From a virus: a stretch of 62,247 bases of DNA. Numbering within the stretch: position 1 is the first letter of the stretch; the number at the start of each line of letters is the position of its first letter. Positions 17,423 to 26,466 of this stretch are shown here, in pieces. The position numbers and the translations under genes are program-made. Where the stretch lies: IMG/VR virus record IMGVR_UViG_3300009285_004982; one strand, given 5' to 3'. A model generated the notes under the pieces. The model did no database searches and was not told the DNA's origin. It saw only the letters and a program-made list of their open reading frames with translations.

Positions 17423-18187
17423 ATGATCTATTTCGTCCCCGCACGAAAAGACTCGAAACGAATACCGAACAAGAACACGCTTAAAGTTCTCGGGAAACCG
17501 CTTATTCAATACACGCTCGATCTAGTTTCGGAAATGAGTAAAGATAAGTCCTACTCAGGACCCGTCTACGTGTCAACCGACGACGAGGTGATTATCCAGA
17601 TCGCCAAGAGCTATGGATTCAACTGGTACAAGCGAGACGAGGAATTGTGTTCCGACAGGGCAAAGATGTCGGACGTTCTTTTCGATGCCGTTAATTTATT
17701 CGAATTAGAGGAGAAGGATATCTGCGTTTTATATCCGACGAGCCCGCTTCGTCTTGCCGATCATGTGAGAGAGGCCTGTATCGTCTGGAAACAGAAACAG
17801 AATCCGGTGTCAACTCTTATGAGCGTCTGTCCCGTTCTCTATCGTCCCTATGGTCTTATGGAGATACAGGCGAATGGGTTTCTCCACTGTAAACATCCAT
17901 ATGGCGAACTCTTCTATCAGGGACAGAATCAGCCAGTCGATTACCGGGCGAATGGGGCGATCTATATCATCCCTAAACAGGTCATTTTAAAACGAGAAAT
18001 CAATTCCCAACTTTTCAACAAAACGACGATCCCGTATGTGATGGACCCGATCAGCAGCCTTGAGATCGACACGCCGGAAGATATCCTGATCGCCGAGCAC
18101 TATCTATCAAAAAAAAATACAGCCAAATTTATCTACTCCCCTACTGTGACGAATCCGAAGGATTCCTATGCCTTCAGTTCTCATTAA
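17423..18187 (+). CDS. neuA: Acylneuraminate (nonulosonate) cytidylyltransferase, CMP-NulO synthetase family
   Basis: N-terminus MIYFVPARKDSKRIPNKNTLKVLGKPLIQYTLD matches the CTP_transf_3 signature. The ORF track start (TTG 17384) overlaps the upstream gene, so ATG 17423 is preferred. Confidence 0.75.
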   Translation: MIYFVPARKDSKRIPNKNTLKVLGKPLIQYTLDLVSEMSKDKSYSGPVYVSTDDEVIIQIAKSYGFNWYKRDEELCSDRAKMSDVLFDAVNLFELEEKDICVLYPTSPLRLADHVREACIVWKQKQNPVSTLMSVCPVLYRPYGLMEIQANGFLHCKHPYGELFYQGQNQPVDYRANGAIYIIPKQVILKREINSQLFNKTTIPYVMDPISSLEIDTPEDILIAEHYLSKKNTAKFIYSPTVTNPKDSYAFSSH

Positions 18188-19925
18188 TGTCCGGCCCTAT
18201 GTCTATCCAGGCGATGTTGTCGATAAACTAGATCGCAACTGCATAAAGAACGCCAAAATCCTTTTTATCAATATGCCACTCCGGGAGACAGCAGTTCCAA
18301 ATTGCCTTCCCCTTGGCCCCGCTCTTCTTGCCGCCACATTAAGACAATGGGAAGCCGTTCCGACGATGATCGATCTGAATGCCTATCGATTCAAAGATGC
18401 GAATGCAGAACTCAAAGGACTCAAAAACGGACGGACGATAAACGAGGTCGAGGCGGCGGATCTCATTCGAGGACACATTCGTGTCCATAGAATGCCGGAT
18501 ATGGTGGCCATGTCAGGCATGATTACAACCCTTAGATGGCAAATGACTGTCGCCAAAATTGTCAGGAATCTCATGCCGGATGTTTTCCTGGTAACAGGAA
18601 ATGGTCTGGCGACTGAATTCAAGGAAGGTCTTTTCCAGTGGATACCTGAACTCGATGGCGTGGCCCACTCGGAGGGTGATCTTTCGATCATCAAGATGAC
18701 ATACGATGCCGTTCAAATCAAACGCCTCGGTCAACACGGAGCCTATCTTTCAGGGAATCTTGACCCCTATTGTCTCGGTCTAGTTGGATCAAATGAAACG
18801 AATGTTTCAAAGTACCGGTTTCTATATGATGGTGGGCGTCCTAAGAACTTGGATGATCTCTCATTCCCGGCTTATGATCTCCTAGAGAAAGATGTGAATG
18901 GGTTTCCAGTTCTAGAAACTTATATCAAGAATGAAATATGGGGACTTAAGGCCAACAATTCAAGTGCAACATCATTCACAATGAAGAGGTCAATCAATAC
19001 CGTATCGAGCAGAGGATGTCCGTTTCAGTGTTCGTATTGTTTCCGTGGAGCTACTGGCGAACGAAATTATGCTGTTCGATCCGCCAAGAATTTAGCCGAG
19101 GAATTCATTCACTATGCAGACAAATATAATATCGACTTCGTGGGGGTAACGGATGATAACTTTTGTGTTCAACGAAAACGAATCCTTGATATGGAACCGT
19201 ACTTCATACCCCTCGTACGAAAGTCGAATATCCGTTGGGGGACCCATGCTCGTTTGGACGAAGCCGCAGATCTCACGCCGAATCGTCATGGTGAAGGATT
19301 TATATTCAACAACCCGAAACGAGTCGATAGTATGGCCAAATCTGGATGTGTCTATATCGGATTCGGAGGGGAAAGCGCCCATAAAACAACTCTCGAAAAC
19401 ATGGGAAAAGGTGGATTCATATTGGTCAACGGATTCGTAAATTGGCGTGGATTCGAATTCCCGCGAACGATGGTCGAGGGAATAAAGAACACCAAATATT
19501 CCGGAATCGACGCAAATTGTACTTGGATCAGACAGTTTCCAGGTGAAACCCTTGATCAATTAAAAACAACAATCGCTTTTATTATGTGGCAAAAGGAATT
19601 TTATTCTCAGTTCGGAGATGGTTCCGAATCGGTAAATCGCAATATGTTCGTGGCAACAGCATATCCTGGAACGGAAATGTTCAAACATCCAATCGTCCGA
19701 CAGAAACTTCACGACAATTTCGGAATCAATTACGATCAATTCGGAACTCCCGTTATCGACGATAATCTGAAATATTATGTTCTAGAGTTGGACGATGCTG
19801 ACAAAATTATGAAAGATCAACAGGGGAGAATTTTGAATTATGGCGAGCTGACAGAAGATCAGTTCATGGAAGCGGATGGATACGTGAAATCAAATCGGAT
19901 AGAAAAAATACTGGAGATGAAATGA
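18168..19925 (+). CDS. Radical SAM enzyme with an N-terminal B12-binding-like domain
   Basis: CxxxCxxC cluster motif SSRGCPFQCSYCF. The N-terminal region (LFINMPL...LPLGPALLAA) resembles class-B radical SAM proteins. Confidence 0.75.
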   Translation: MPSVLINVRPYVYPGDVVDKLDRNCIKNAKILFINMPLRETAVPNCLPLGPALLAATLRQWEAVPTMIDLNAYRFKDANAELKGLKNGRTINEVEAADLIRGHIRVHRMPDMVAMSGMITTLRWQMTVAKIVRNLMPDVFLVTGNGLATEFKEGLFQWIPELDGVAHSEGDLSIIKMTYDAVQIKRLGQHGAYLSGNLDPYCLGLVGSNETNVSKYRFLYDGGRPKNLDDLSFPAYDLLEKDVNGFPVLETYIKNEIWGLKANNSSATSFTMKRSINTVSSRGCPFQCSYCFRGATGERNYAVRSAKNLAEEFIHYADKYNIDFVGVTDDNFCVQRKRILDMEPYFIPLVRKSNIRWGTHARLDEAADLTPNRHGEGFIFNNPKRVDSMAKSGCVYIGFGGESAHKTTLENMGKGGFILVNGFVNWRGFEFPRTMVEGIKNTKYSGIDANCTWIRQFPGETLDQLKTTIAFIMWQKEFYSQFGDGSESVNRNMFVATAYPGTEMFKHPIVRQKLHDNFGINYDQFGTPVIDDNLKYYVLELDDADKIMKDQQGRILNYGELTEDQFMEADGYVKSNRIEKILEMK

Positions 19926-20557
19926 TTGATACGGAAACGATGAGAGAAAGACCAAGGCCCGCGTTCACGAAAGAAAGATTCTATGTCGATCACATGATGA
20001 AACACGGAATGGCTCTCTATCGTCGCCACGTGAGCCGCTACAAGTGGGCGGCCAGCCATCTAACCAGTGAGATGGAAGTGCTTGATGCCGGATGCGGTTC
20101 TGGTTATGGGGATTACATCCTGCTCAACAATTGCCTTAAGATGACATCCATTGACCAATCGGGAGAAGCCATCGAGTACGCGACTTATAAAGCTGAATCA
20201 TTGAATGAGAAGCGGATCAAGTATGGTGTTTCTACACTCCAGGATTATATGGCGAGTCCATCAAAATCTCATGCCATTGTCTGTATCGAGGTCATCGAAC
20301 ATTTGTCGGAAGAGAATCAACGCGCGTTTATGGCCGGGATGAAAAACGCGTTCTTCAAAAAAGAGGATGCCTTGTTGTTAATCACGACTCCGATCAGAAA
20401 AGAAGATAAATGGACTGAGTATCATGAACACGAATTCACGAAGTCTGAATTCCAGAATTTCCTATCAACCTATTTTCAGGATGTCCACTTCGAGGATCAG
20501 AAGAAATGGGATATACCGCATGATTTCCTATTAGGTGTATGTAGGGGCGTGCGATAA
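19922..20557 (+). CDS. Class I SAM-dependent methyltransferase
   Basis: Motif I VLDAGCGSGYGD and post-I IVCIEVIEHL. Confidence 0.7.
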   Translation: MIDTETMRERPRPAFTKERFYVDHMMKHGMALYRRHVSRYKWAASHLTSEMEVLDAGCGSGYGDYILLNNCLKMTSIDQSGEAIEYATYKAESLNEKRIKYGVSTLQDYMASPSKSHAIVCIEVIEHLSEENQRAFMAGMKNAFFKKEDALLLITTPIRKEDKWTEYHEHEFTKSEFQNFLSTYFQDVHFEDQKKWDIPHDFLLGVCRGVR

Positions 20558-21966
20558 TGAAACTATTCGGTAATGAGATCGGGAAAGGAAAAACACTTAT
20601 CTGTGTGGAAATTGGGATCTGCCATCAGGGAAATATGTCGATGGCCATCGAGATGATCGACATCGCCAAGGAGTGTGGGGCTGACGTTGTAAAGTTCCAA
20701 AAGAGGTCACTCAAACATCTTTATCGGAAGCCAGTCCTGGATAACCCGTCCGACGCCGCCCATTCTCTCGGCGTCTATATCCCGATCTTGGAGAAATGCG
20801 AGCTGACTGAGGACGAACATATCCGGCTGAAAAAGCATTGTGACGAGATAGGCATTCCTTACTTTTGCTCACCGTGGGATACGCCATCGATTGACTTCCT
20901 CGAATCTCTTGGGGTCGAGGCCTATAAGGTGCCGAGTGCCCTGATGTCGGATATATTTCATTTAGAGAGAATAATCAAAACAGGTAAGCCTTTTATTTTA
21001 TCTACTGGAATGCATTATGAAGACGAAATAGATGAAATCATGAAATTCATTGATGAGAAGGCAGAAGCAGAAAATGTTCCACGTGGCGTTCCACATAAAC
21101 AGATTATAGAATTGACGGATGAAATTTTGTCGATGCGGAAAAGAGGCACGCCAAAATCAACGGACGTGTCTAGAATGCCATCGGAATTATATGCGATGGT
21201 GGAAAAAATACAATCCCTTGACAAAAGAACAGAGATTCAAAATGAATTGTCGATCCTATACGCACGTTTATGTGAAGCGGGGAATAATCCAGAAGAATCC
21301 ATGCGAATTTTGTGGGGAAGCCAATGTACAGGCTCACCATACCGATTACAGCAAACCACTGAAAGTTCAATGGCTTTGCAAGACCCACCATCATTCACTC
21401 CATCGATCCCTCTCAAACAACGCATTGCATTGATGCACTGCGTCTCGAGCTATCCGACAGCCAACAAAGACATCAACCTGAACTATATGGGGGTCATGCG
21501 GGCCAAATACGGCCTTCCTGTCGGCTTCTCCGGCCATGAGCGCGGGATTCCCATCACCGTGGCCGCTGTGGCGCTGGGTGCACCAATCATAGAACGCCAC
21601 TTTACCCTAGATAGAACCCTTCCGGGGCCGGATCATGCCGCCAGCCTCGAACCACACGGCCTAGAAACGCTTGTGAGGCACATTAGGGCCGTTGAAGAGG
21701 CCTTGGGCGACCGGAAGGTCGTCAATCGCGGGGAATACATGGCCCGCGAGACTTTGGGGAAGATCTTAACCTGGGCTCAGGATCTCGAATCGAATTCGCC
21801 AGTAGGCGCACATTCATTTACAGCTTCGAGCCCAGGCTATGGTGTTCCGGTCTACAAGGGGCCCAAGTTTGTTGATATGCAATTGGTAACGACCAAGCCC
21901 GTCAGGGCCGGGGAACCTGTTTTTGAAACTGAATTGACTTATGGGAAAAAGGGAGAAAACGAATGA
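20557..21966 (+). CDS. neuB: Nonulosonic (sialic / legionaminic / pseudaminic-type) acid synthase, NeuB family, with an in-frame insertion of about 120 aa
   Basis: LICVEIGICHQGNMSMAIEMIDIAKECGADVVKFQKR, ILSTGM, ALMHCVSSYP, GFSGHE, IERHFTLDR..GPDHAASLEP, plus a C-terminal SAF-like domain. E. coli NeuB has about 20 aa between STGM..EI and ILHC; here there are about 140. Confidence 0.8.
   Translation: MKLFGNEIGKGKTLICVEIGICHQGNMSMAIEMIDIAKECGADVVKFQKRSLKHLYRKPVLDNPSDAAHSLGVYIPILEKCELTEDEHIRLKKHCDEIGIPYFCSPWDTPSIDFLESLGVEAYKVPSALMSDIFHLERIIKTGKPFILSTGMHYEDEIDEIMKFIDEKAEAENVPRGVPHKQIIELTDEILSMRKRGTPKSTDVSRMPSELYAMVEKIQSLDKRTEIQNELSILYARLCEAGNNPEESMRILWGSQCTGSPYRLQQTTESSMALQDPPSFTPSIPLKQRIALMHCVSSYPTANKDINLNYMGVMRAKYGLPVGFSGHERGIPITVAAVALGAPIIERHFTLDRTLPGPDHAASLEPHGLETLVRHIRAVEEALGDRKVVNRGEYMARETLGKILTWAQDLESNSPVGAHSFTASSPGYGVPVYKGPKFVDMQLVTTKPVRAGEPVFETELTYGKKGENE
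21119..21433 (+). CDS. HNH endonuclease-like ORF nested in an alternative frame inside the neuB insertion
   Basis: 104 aa: CRCG...CLECH...NPCEFCGEANVQAHHTDYSKPLKVQWLCKTHHHSLH, which is a beta-beta-alpha-Me / zinc-ribbon pattern of small phage HNH proteins. The frame is offset from neuB. Weak RBS. Confidence 0.55.
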   Translation: MKFCRCGKEARQNQRTCLECHRNYMRWWKKYNPLTKEQRFKMNCRSYTHVYVKRGIIQKNPCEFCGEANVQAHHTDYSKPLKVQWLCKTHHHSLHRSLSNNALH

Positions 21967-22787
21967 AACGAGGATGCAAGGCAAGGCCGCACGATATCGA
22001 CCAAGTGATTGAGATATTCAAGCCGGAACTGATTGAGATTCACGCAAGCTCTGAAGATCTCAAGAAAGAGTTTAACAAAGACTACGATCTACCTCTCGTT
22101 GTTCATCTTCCAGAATATGATCAGTCTGAGCTTATCGACGTAGCCTCCCTGGATGAGAAGAAACGAATCCAGGCGGTCAAGTTCTATAACAACGCCATGA
22201 ACGTGACGCGCAATTGGAGTAAGCGGTTTCGCGGGACTCCAAAATCCGTGCTCCATCCTGGGGGTATTAGTATCGAGCCAACGAACGCTTTGCAGAAACG
22301 GGAAATGTATGAGCAGCTTGGGAAATCGTTATCGGAAATCAACTCGCTGGGAGTGGATTTATTGCTTGAGAACATGCCGCCAAACCCTGTATTTTTTGGA
22401 GGCAGTTGGAAGTGCAACATATTCCTAGCGCCGCGAGATTGCATTGATTTTTGCAGCGGTCTTGGCTATGGTTTCGTATTCGACACATCACATGCCGGAA
22501 TGTTTTGTAATTCGGTAGAAAATGAAATAGATATTATGAAGTTTGCGACAATGGTCAGACCCGTGACGGCCCATATTCACTTAAACGATTGTAGGGATGT
22601 TGACCAAGAAGGGCTTGCTCTTGATTCGGGCACATTGGATTGGAGATCCGTTATTAGATATTTCGAATCTATGCCAATTGGTGTTGTCAGCGAGTGTTGG
22701 AACGGCCACAAGGATTCATGTCGAGGATTTATCGAGGATTGGAAAAAGGTTGACGAAGCGTTGAAAAAGGAAACGGTAGAAGGATAA
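21963..22787 (+). CDS. Xylose-isomerase-like TIM-barrel protein (sugar phosphate isomerase/epimerase family)
   Basis: VVHLPEYD...VLHPGG...LLLENMPP...FDTSHAGMF...HIHLND pattern. Confidence 0.5.
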   Translation: MKRGCKARPHDIDQVIEIFKPELIEIHASSEDLKKEFNKDYDLPLVVHLPEYDQSELIDVASLDEKKRIQAVKFYNNAMNVTRNWSKRFRGTPKSVLHPGGISIEPTNALQKREMYEQLGKSLSEINSLGVDLLLENMPPNPVFFGGSWKCNIFLAPRDCIDFCSGLGYGFVFDTSHAGMFCNSVENEIDIMKFATMVRPVTAHIHLNDCRDVDQEGLALDSGTLDWRSVIRYFESMPIGVVSECWNGHKDSCRGFIEDWKKVDEALKKETVEG

Positions 22788-22791
22788 CAAA

Positions 22792-23085
22792 ATGGCGGAA
22801 ATGACTGAAGCGGAAATCATAACTAAAATAAATTTAATCGATACAGCGATTGCGACCATCACTACCAATTTGGCAGCGGGCGGAAGCGGGGCCGTGGAGT
22901 ACGTTGATTATAGCATGGGAAGCAAAACTGTTGCCGGATCTCAGACATTGAAGCAACTCATGGAAGCAAGAAAATTATATGAAGATCTTTTAAGAAAAAT
23001 ACCTTCCGTAACAATGAGAGACCATGGATATAGCGTCAAGGATGGTAGCGGTGAAAATGAAACTGAATATGTCGGAGATGAGTGA
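22792..23085 (+). CDS. Putative head-tail joining protein (gpW-like)
   Basis: 97 aa, positioned at the start of the connector block. Helix - GG..V.Y....K - helix pattern. Confidence 0.35.
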   Translation: MAEMTEAEIITKINLIDTAIATITTNLAAGGSGAVEYVDYSMGSKTVAGSQTLKQLMEARKLYEDLLRKIPSVTMRDHGYSVKDGSGENETEYVGDE

Positions 23086-23086
23086 A

Positions 23087-23842
23087 TTAAATATGTTTCC
23101 ATATTTTACAAGAAATGATTTTAAATATATGAGATGCCTTAATTTTAAACATACGCATAAGATCGCATTGTCGCATTCCTGTTTCATAATATTTTCTTAT
23201 TTGTTTAACTTTGTGTTCTGTAAGTCTTGCTCGATAATGTTTTTCGCCATCAATTCCGCGACCTTTTATATACATATCATGAACATTATCCAACTGAGTA
23301 CCAAGAAACAAATGCGCCGGATTGCAACACGATGGATTATCACCGCCGGGGCAATTGTGGAGAACATGAATTCCTTCTGGGATTGGGCCGTTATGAATTT
23401 CATAAGAGATTCGATGCGAAAAGAGAGTAGAATGTTTTCCTTTTTTATAATCGCCCATTATTCCATAGCCATACGGCAATTTATTTCCAAGCCATATCCA
23501 GCATGTTGGTGTTTTTTTAATAAATTTCCAAAATCTTTTTTCTATTGGGAGTTTTACGGGACCTGTTTTTTTAAATGGTATTGATATCAAATGATCGAAT
23601 GCAATGCATTTATTATTTCCGCAAAAATTCATAATTGTATAGCGGGATTGAAGTGGTTGATTAAAAGTCCATATAATATTTCTAATCCATATTTTCGTTT
23701 TATTAATTTCTTTTTTTATATAAGGCCTATTCGAATCAATTGCGCCATGCCATTCCAAACATTCTCCATTTTGTTTAATCTTATCGGAGAAAAAGAGAAG
23801 AAATTCGTTAAAGCTTTTAAAATTGGTAGGATATTTCTGCAT
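23087..23842 (-). CDS. Free-standing HNH (HNH_3-type) homing endonuclease
   Basis: 251 aa on the minus strand in an AT-rich island. CWIWLGNKLPYGYG...FSHRISYEIHNGPIPEGIHVLHNCPGGDNPSCCNPAHLFLGTQLDNVHD. It has a second N-terminal half-domain CLEWHG...CGNNKCIAFDHL. Confidence 0.8.
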   Translation of the reverse strand: MQKYPTNFKSFNEFLLFFSDKIKQNGECLEWHGAIDSNRPYIKKEINKTKIWIRNIIWTFNQPLQSRYTIMNFCGNNKCIAFDHLISIPFKKTGPVKLPIEKRFWKFIKKTPTCWIWLGNKLPYGYGIMGDYKKGKHSTLFSHRISYEIHNGPIPEGIHVLHNCPGGDNPSCCNPAHLFLGTQLDNVHDMYIKGRGIDGEKHYRARLTEHKVKQIRKYYETGMRQCDLMRMFKIKASHIFKIISCKIWKHI

Positions 23843-23917
23843 TGGGACTTACCTCCTAATGTCATGCCTCTGGTCGCTAATACGACGCAGGGGCTTTTAT
23901 ATTGGAGATTATACTAA

Positions 23918-24283
23918 ATGACCATTGCTGATCATACAACAGGTCTTGTCGCAACAACACTTTGGGGCGAAAGCGTTATTGTCCGTCGGAACTCACCAAA
24001 TTTTAGCGACACCGGGGTAGCCACCGATTCTTGGGCGACAGTTGTCACCGTAAACGCGGATCTCCAGCCTTTGGCTCCCGGATCTCTTGCCACAGTCGCC
24101 ATCGGTGAGATGAGGACTTCGACCCATCGATTTTATTTCCCTGATGGAACAGATATATTGGAGGGAGATCGAATCAGACCATCCGGATGGGTTGCGGGAG
24201 ATGATGAATTCGTGGTTACTGGGGTTATGGACGATGAGGGGCATTTTGAAGTCTACGCCCAGAGGGTGAGGGGACATGGCTGA
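23918..24283 (+). CDS. Head-tail adaptor / head closure protein (SPP1 gp16-like)
   Basis: 121 aa. NADLQPLAPG...STHRFYFP...ILEGDRI...FVVTGVMDDEGHFEVYA matches the Phage_H_T_join pattern. Confidence 0.55.
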   Translation: MTIADHTTGLVATTLWGESVIVRRNSPNFSDTGVATDSWATVVTVNADLQPLAPGSLATVAIGEMRTSTHRFYFPDGTDILEGDRIRPSGWVAGDDEFVVTGVMDDEGHFEVYAQRVRGHG

Positions 24284-24734
24284 CTATATTGAGATAGAAG
24301 TCGATAGTGTTTCATTGGCGAAAACGATTGCTGCCTTGAAAAAGAAGGGTGTTGATTATAAGAAAACGGCGGTCAAAGCGCTTGATTGGGGCGCATCTGA
24401 AATCGAGAAGCATGCAAAGGAACGCCATTTCTTTGTTGGTACTGGACGCAACGCAGCGAAGAAAGCAAAAGACGGTGAACTGAAATTCACGAATCCTGAT
24501 GGTTCTTTGCGATTCAAGGTAAGAACAGGAGGTTTGACGGCTAGTATTCATCCAAAGGATTCGAAAGTTGTTGGCGATACGGTGACGGCCTCGGTAATAG
24601 CGGGTGCTAAATATGCGGAAGATGTAGAAAAAGGAATTGGTCACCGGGCCTTTCCTTTTTTAAGACCAGCCCTGGAAGCAAATAGAAACAAGATTCTTGC
24701 ACGATTGATTTCTGATTTAAAGGCATTGGTTTAA
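24276..24734 (+). CDS. HK97 gp10-family tail/neck component
   Basis: AKYAEDVEKGIGHRAFPFLRPALEAN is typical of the gp10 family. Confidence 0.55.
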   Translation: MADYIEIEVDSVSLAKTIAALKKKGVDYKKTAVKALDWGASEIEKHAKERHFFVGTGRNAAKKAKDGELKFTNPDGSLRFKVRTGGLTASIHPKDSKVVGDTVTASVIAGAKYAEDVEKGIGHRAFPFLRPALEANRNKILARLISDLKALV

Positions 24735-24735
24735 T

Positions 24736-25209
24736 ATGGAAAAGGTCGATGAGGCCATTTACAAAACATTACGCGACGATAGCGAAGCATCGGTTGGAAT
24801 CCGGGCACTATTGGGAAATACCACGACAACCCCTTACAATACATACCATGCTTTCCTTCCCGACAACATCGATTTTTCTCCGGCTGCTGGCAATGTAGGA
24901 TTTATTGTCTATATGAGAATATCAAGCACGCCGGATCTTGGCGTCCATAGTTTGTCAACGCTAACAGAACAAAGCGTATATCAGATATCGGCCTATCATC
25001 GAGTATTGTCTTCCGTTGAGGCCATCCATCGTCGAATTAAGAAGCGATTATTGCGTCTCGATCATGTAACGCAGCCAACGAGTCAATCCGGTCTTTATCA
25101 ATTGCTTTTGGAATCGGAAGATCCGGTGACGTTTGATGATTCGTTCAAAGTCTGGTTTCAACAGAAATATTATCGCGCATGGGTGAGGGACGATGACATT
25201 ATCTCCTAA
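24736..25209 (+). CDS. Putative tail terminator / tail completion protein (DUF3168-like)
   Basis: 157 aa, sits between gp10-like and tail tube genes. N-terminus VDEAIYKTLRDD...LLGN. Confidence 0.4.
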   Translation: MEKVDEAIYKTLRDDSEASVGIRALLGNTTTTPYNTYHAFLPDNIDFSPAAGNVGFIVYMRISSTPDLGVHSLSTLTEQSVYQISAYHRVLSSVEAIHRRIKKRLLRLDHVTQPTSQSGLYQLLLESEDPVTFDDSFKVWFQQKYYRAWVRDDDIIS

Positions 25210-26452
25210 AGATGAACATCTCAAGACGAAAATAGAAATACATCGTAAACAACGCAAACGAATCATGAATGAATTTCGTGATATATACACTTTTTTTTCA
25301 AATGATGAGGCGGAGATAATTGACGGCGAAAACGGAGCGACCCTCTTCGCCCTCAATGGATCGAAGAATGAATTCAAGAAGGAAGATCGTATTTTCTCCG
25401 ACGGGAGAGTCTATGACGTGATGAACATCCAGAAACATGAACTGGCTGATCTTAAATTCAAGGTCGCGGTAACGAAACAGAATGAATTCGAGACCCAGAT
25501 TAAGAAACTTCAGGATTTTGGATGCCATGTCGAATATGGGGTAACGCGACCCATTGTCCAGCGCGATTATGCGAGTGAGGATTATCTGAACGATTGGGTT
25601 GGACTCTATATCAAGAACATCGTGGCACATTATGATGAGATAAAGAACGGGCATAAAATTCAGGAATTACAGGGTCTCTTTAATCATGATATTCCGGCCC
25701 TCTGTGTAGGCGCAGGGCCGAGTTTAGATGCGAATGTGCATCTTGTCCACGAGTTCCCCGGTATTGTGATATCGACGGATAAATCATTCAAAATGCTTTT
25801 AGCCAGGAATATCATTCCTGATTTCGTGATCAGCGTGGATTGCCATCCGAATATTATCTCAGATATGCTGAGGGTACCTTATGGATTCCACACGAAATTG
25901 ATTCTCAATTCGTCGTCTGATCCAGAGATCTCAAAGCATTGGAAGGGCCCCATCTTCTATTACAACATGATCCACTACGGTGTTCAATTCATGGACAAGA
26001 TCCTGCCAGCCCTTTTCCCCGATCTTCACGGGATTATCAATTCCGGGAATGTCGGGAATTCGAGTGTCCTCTTCGCCGACTATATCGGGCTTAGTCCTAT
26101 CGTTATGATCGGACATGATTATGCTTATACGGGCGGGCGAATGCACGCGCAACGGTTCGAGATCGAGAAGGACGGAAGTGTTCGCGAGATCCGAGATGAT
26201 CACGAAAAAATGCTATTCGAGAGAACAGGGAAAGTGAAAGTTGGAGACAACGAGACGTATGTCCCATTCTTGAATTACAGGGAAACGCTATACGATTTAC
26301 GTAGTAAACGAGGTTTTGACATTATCAATTCAACAGAAGGCGGAATTTTGGAAGAAATTCCTAATATCAAATTTCAAGATGTCATTGAAGGTTTGAAACC
26401 GAAAATTGGGGATCGATATGTTGAGGCCCGTCACAAAATTAATTCCATCTAA
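25193..26452 (+). CDS. Maf / DUF115 family protein, copy 3 (with an N-terminal extension)
   Basis: PALCVGAGPSLDANVHLVHEFPGIVISTDKSFKMLLARNIIPDFVISVDCHPN, then SGNVGNSS...VMIGHDYAY. Confidence 0.65.
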   Translation: MTLSPKDEHLKTKIEIHRKQRKRIMNEFRDIYTFFSNDEAEIIDGENGATLFALNGSKNEFKKEDRIFSDGRVYDVMNIQKHELADLKFKVAVTKQNEFETQIKKLQDFGCHVEYGVTRPIVQRDYASEDYLNDWVGLYIKNIVAHYDEIKNGHKIQELQGLFNHDIPALCVGAGPSLDANVHLVHEFPGIVISTDKSFKMLLARNIIPDFVISVDCHPNIISDMLRVPYGFHTKLILNSSSDPEISKHWKGPIFYYNMIHYGVQFMDKILPALFPDLHGIINSGNVGNSSVLFADYIGLSPIVMIGHDYAYTGGRMHAQRFEIEKDGSVREIRDDHEKMLFERTGKVKVGDNETYVPFLNYRETLYDLRSKRGFDIINSTEGGILEEIPNIKFQDVIEGLKPKIGDRYVEARHKINSI

Positions 26453-26466
26453 GGAGGAATATACTT

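Noticed and set aside
23024-23917. Plus-strand ORFs 23024..23584 and 23591..23917
   Set aside because: They are antisense shadows of the minus-strand HNH gene 23087..23842, which has clear HNH_3 motifs. The plus-strand translations are low-complexity and Phe/Ile-rich.
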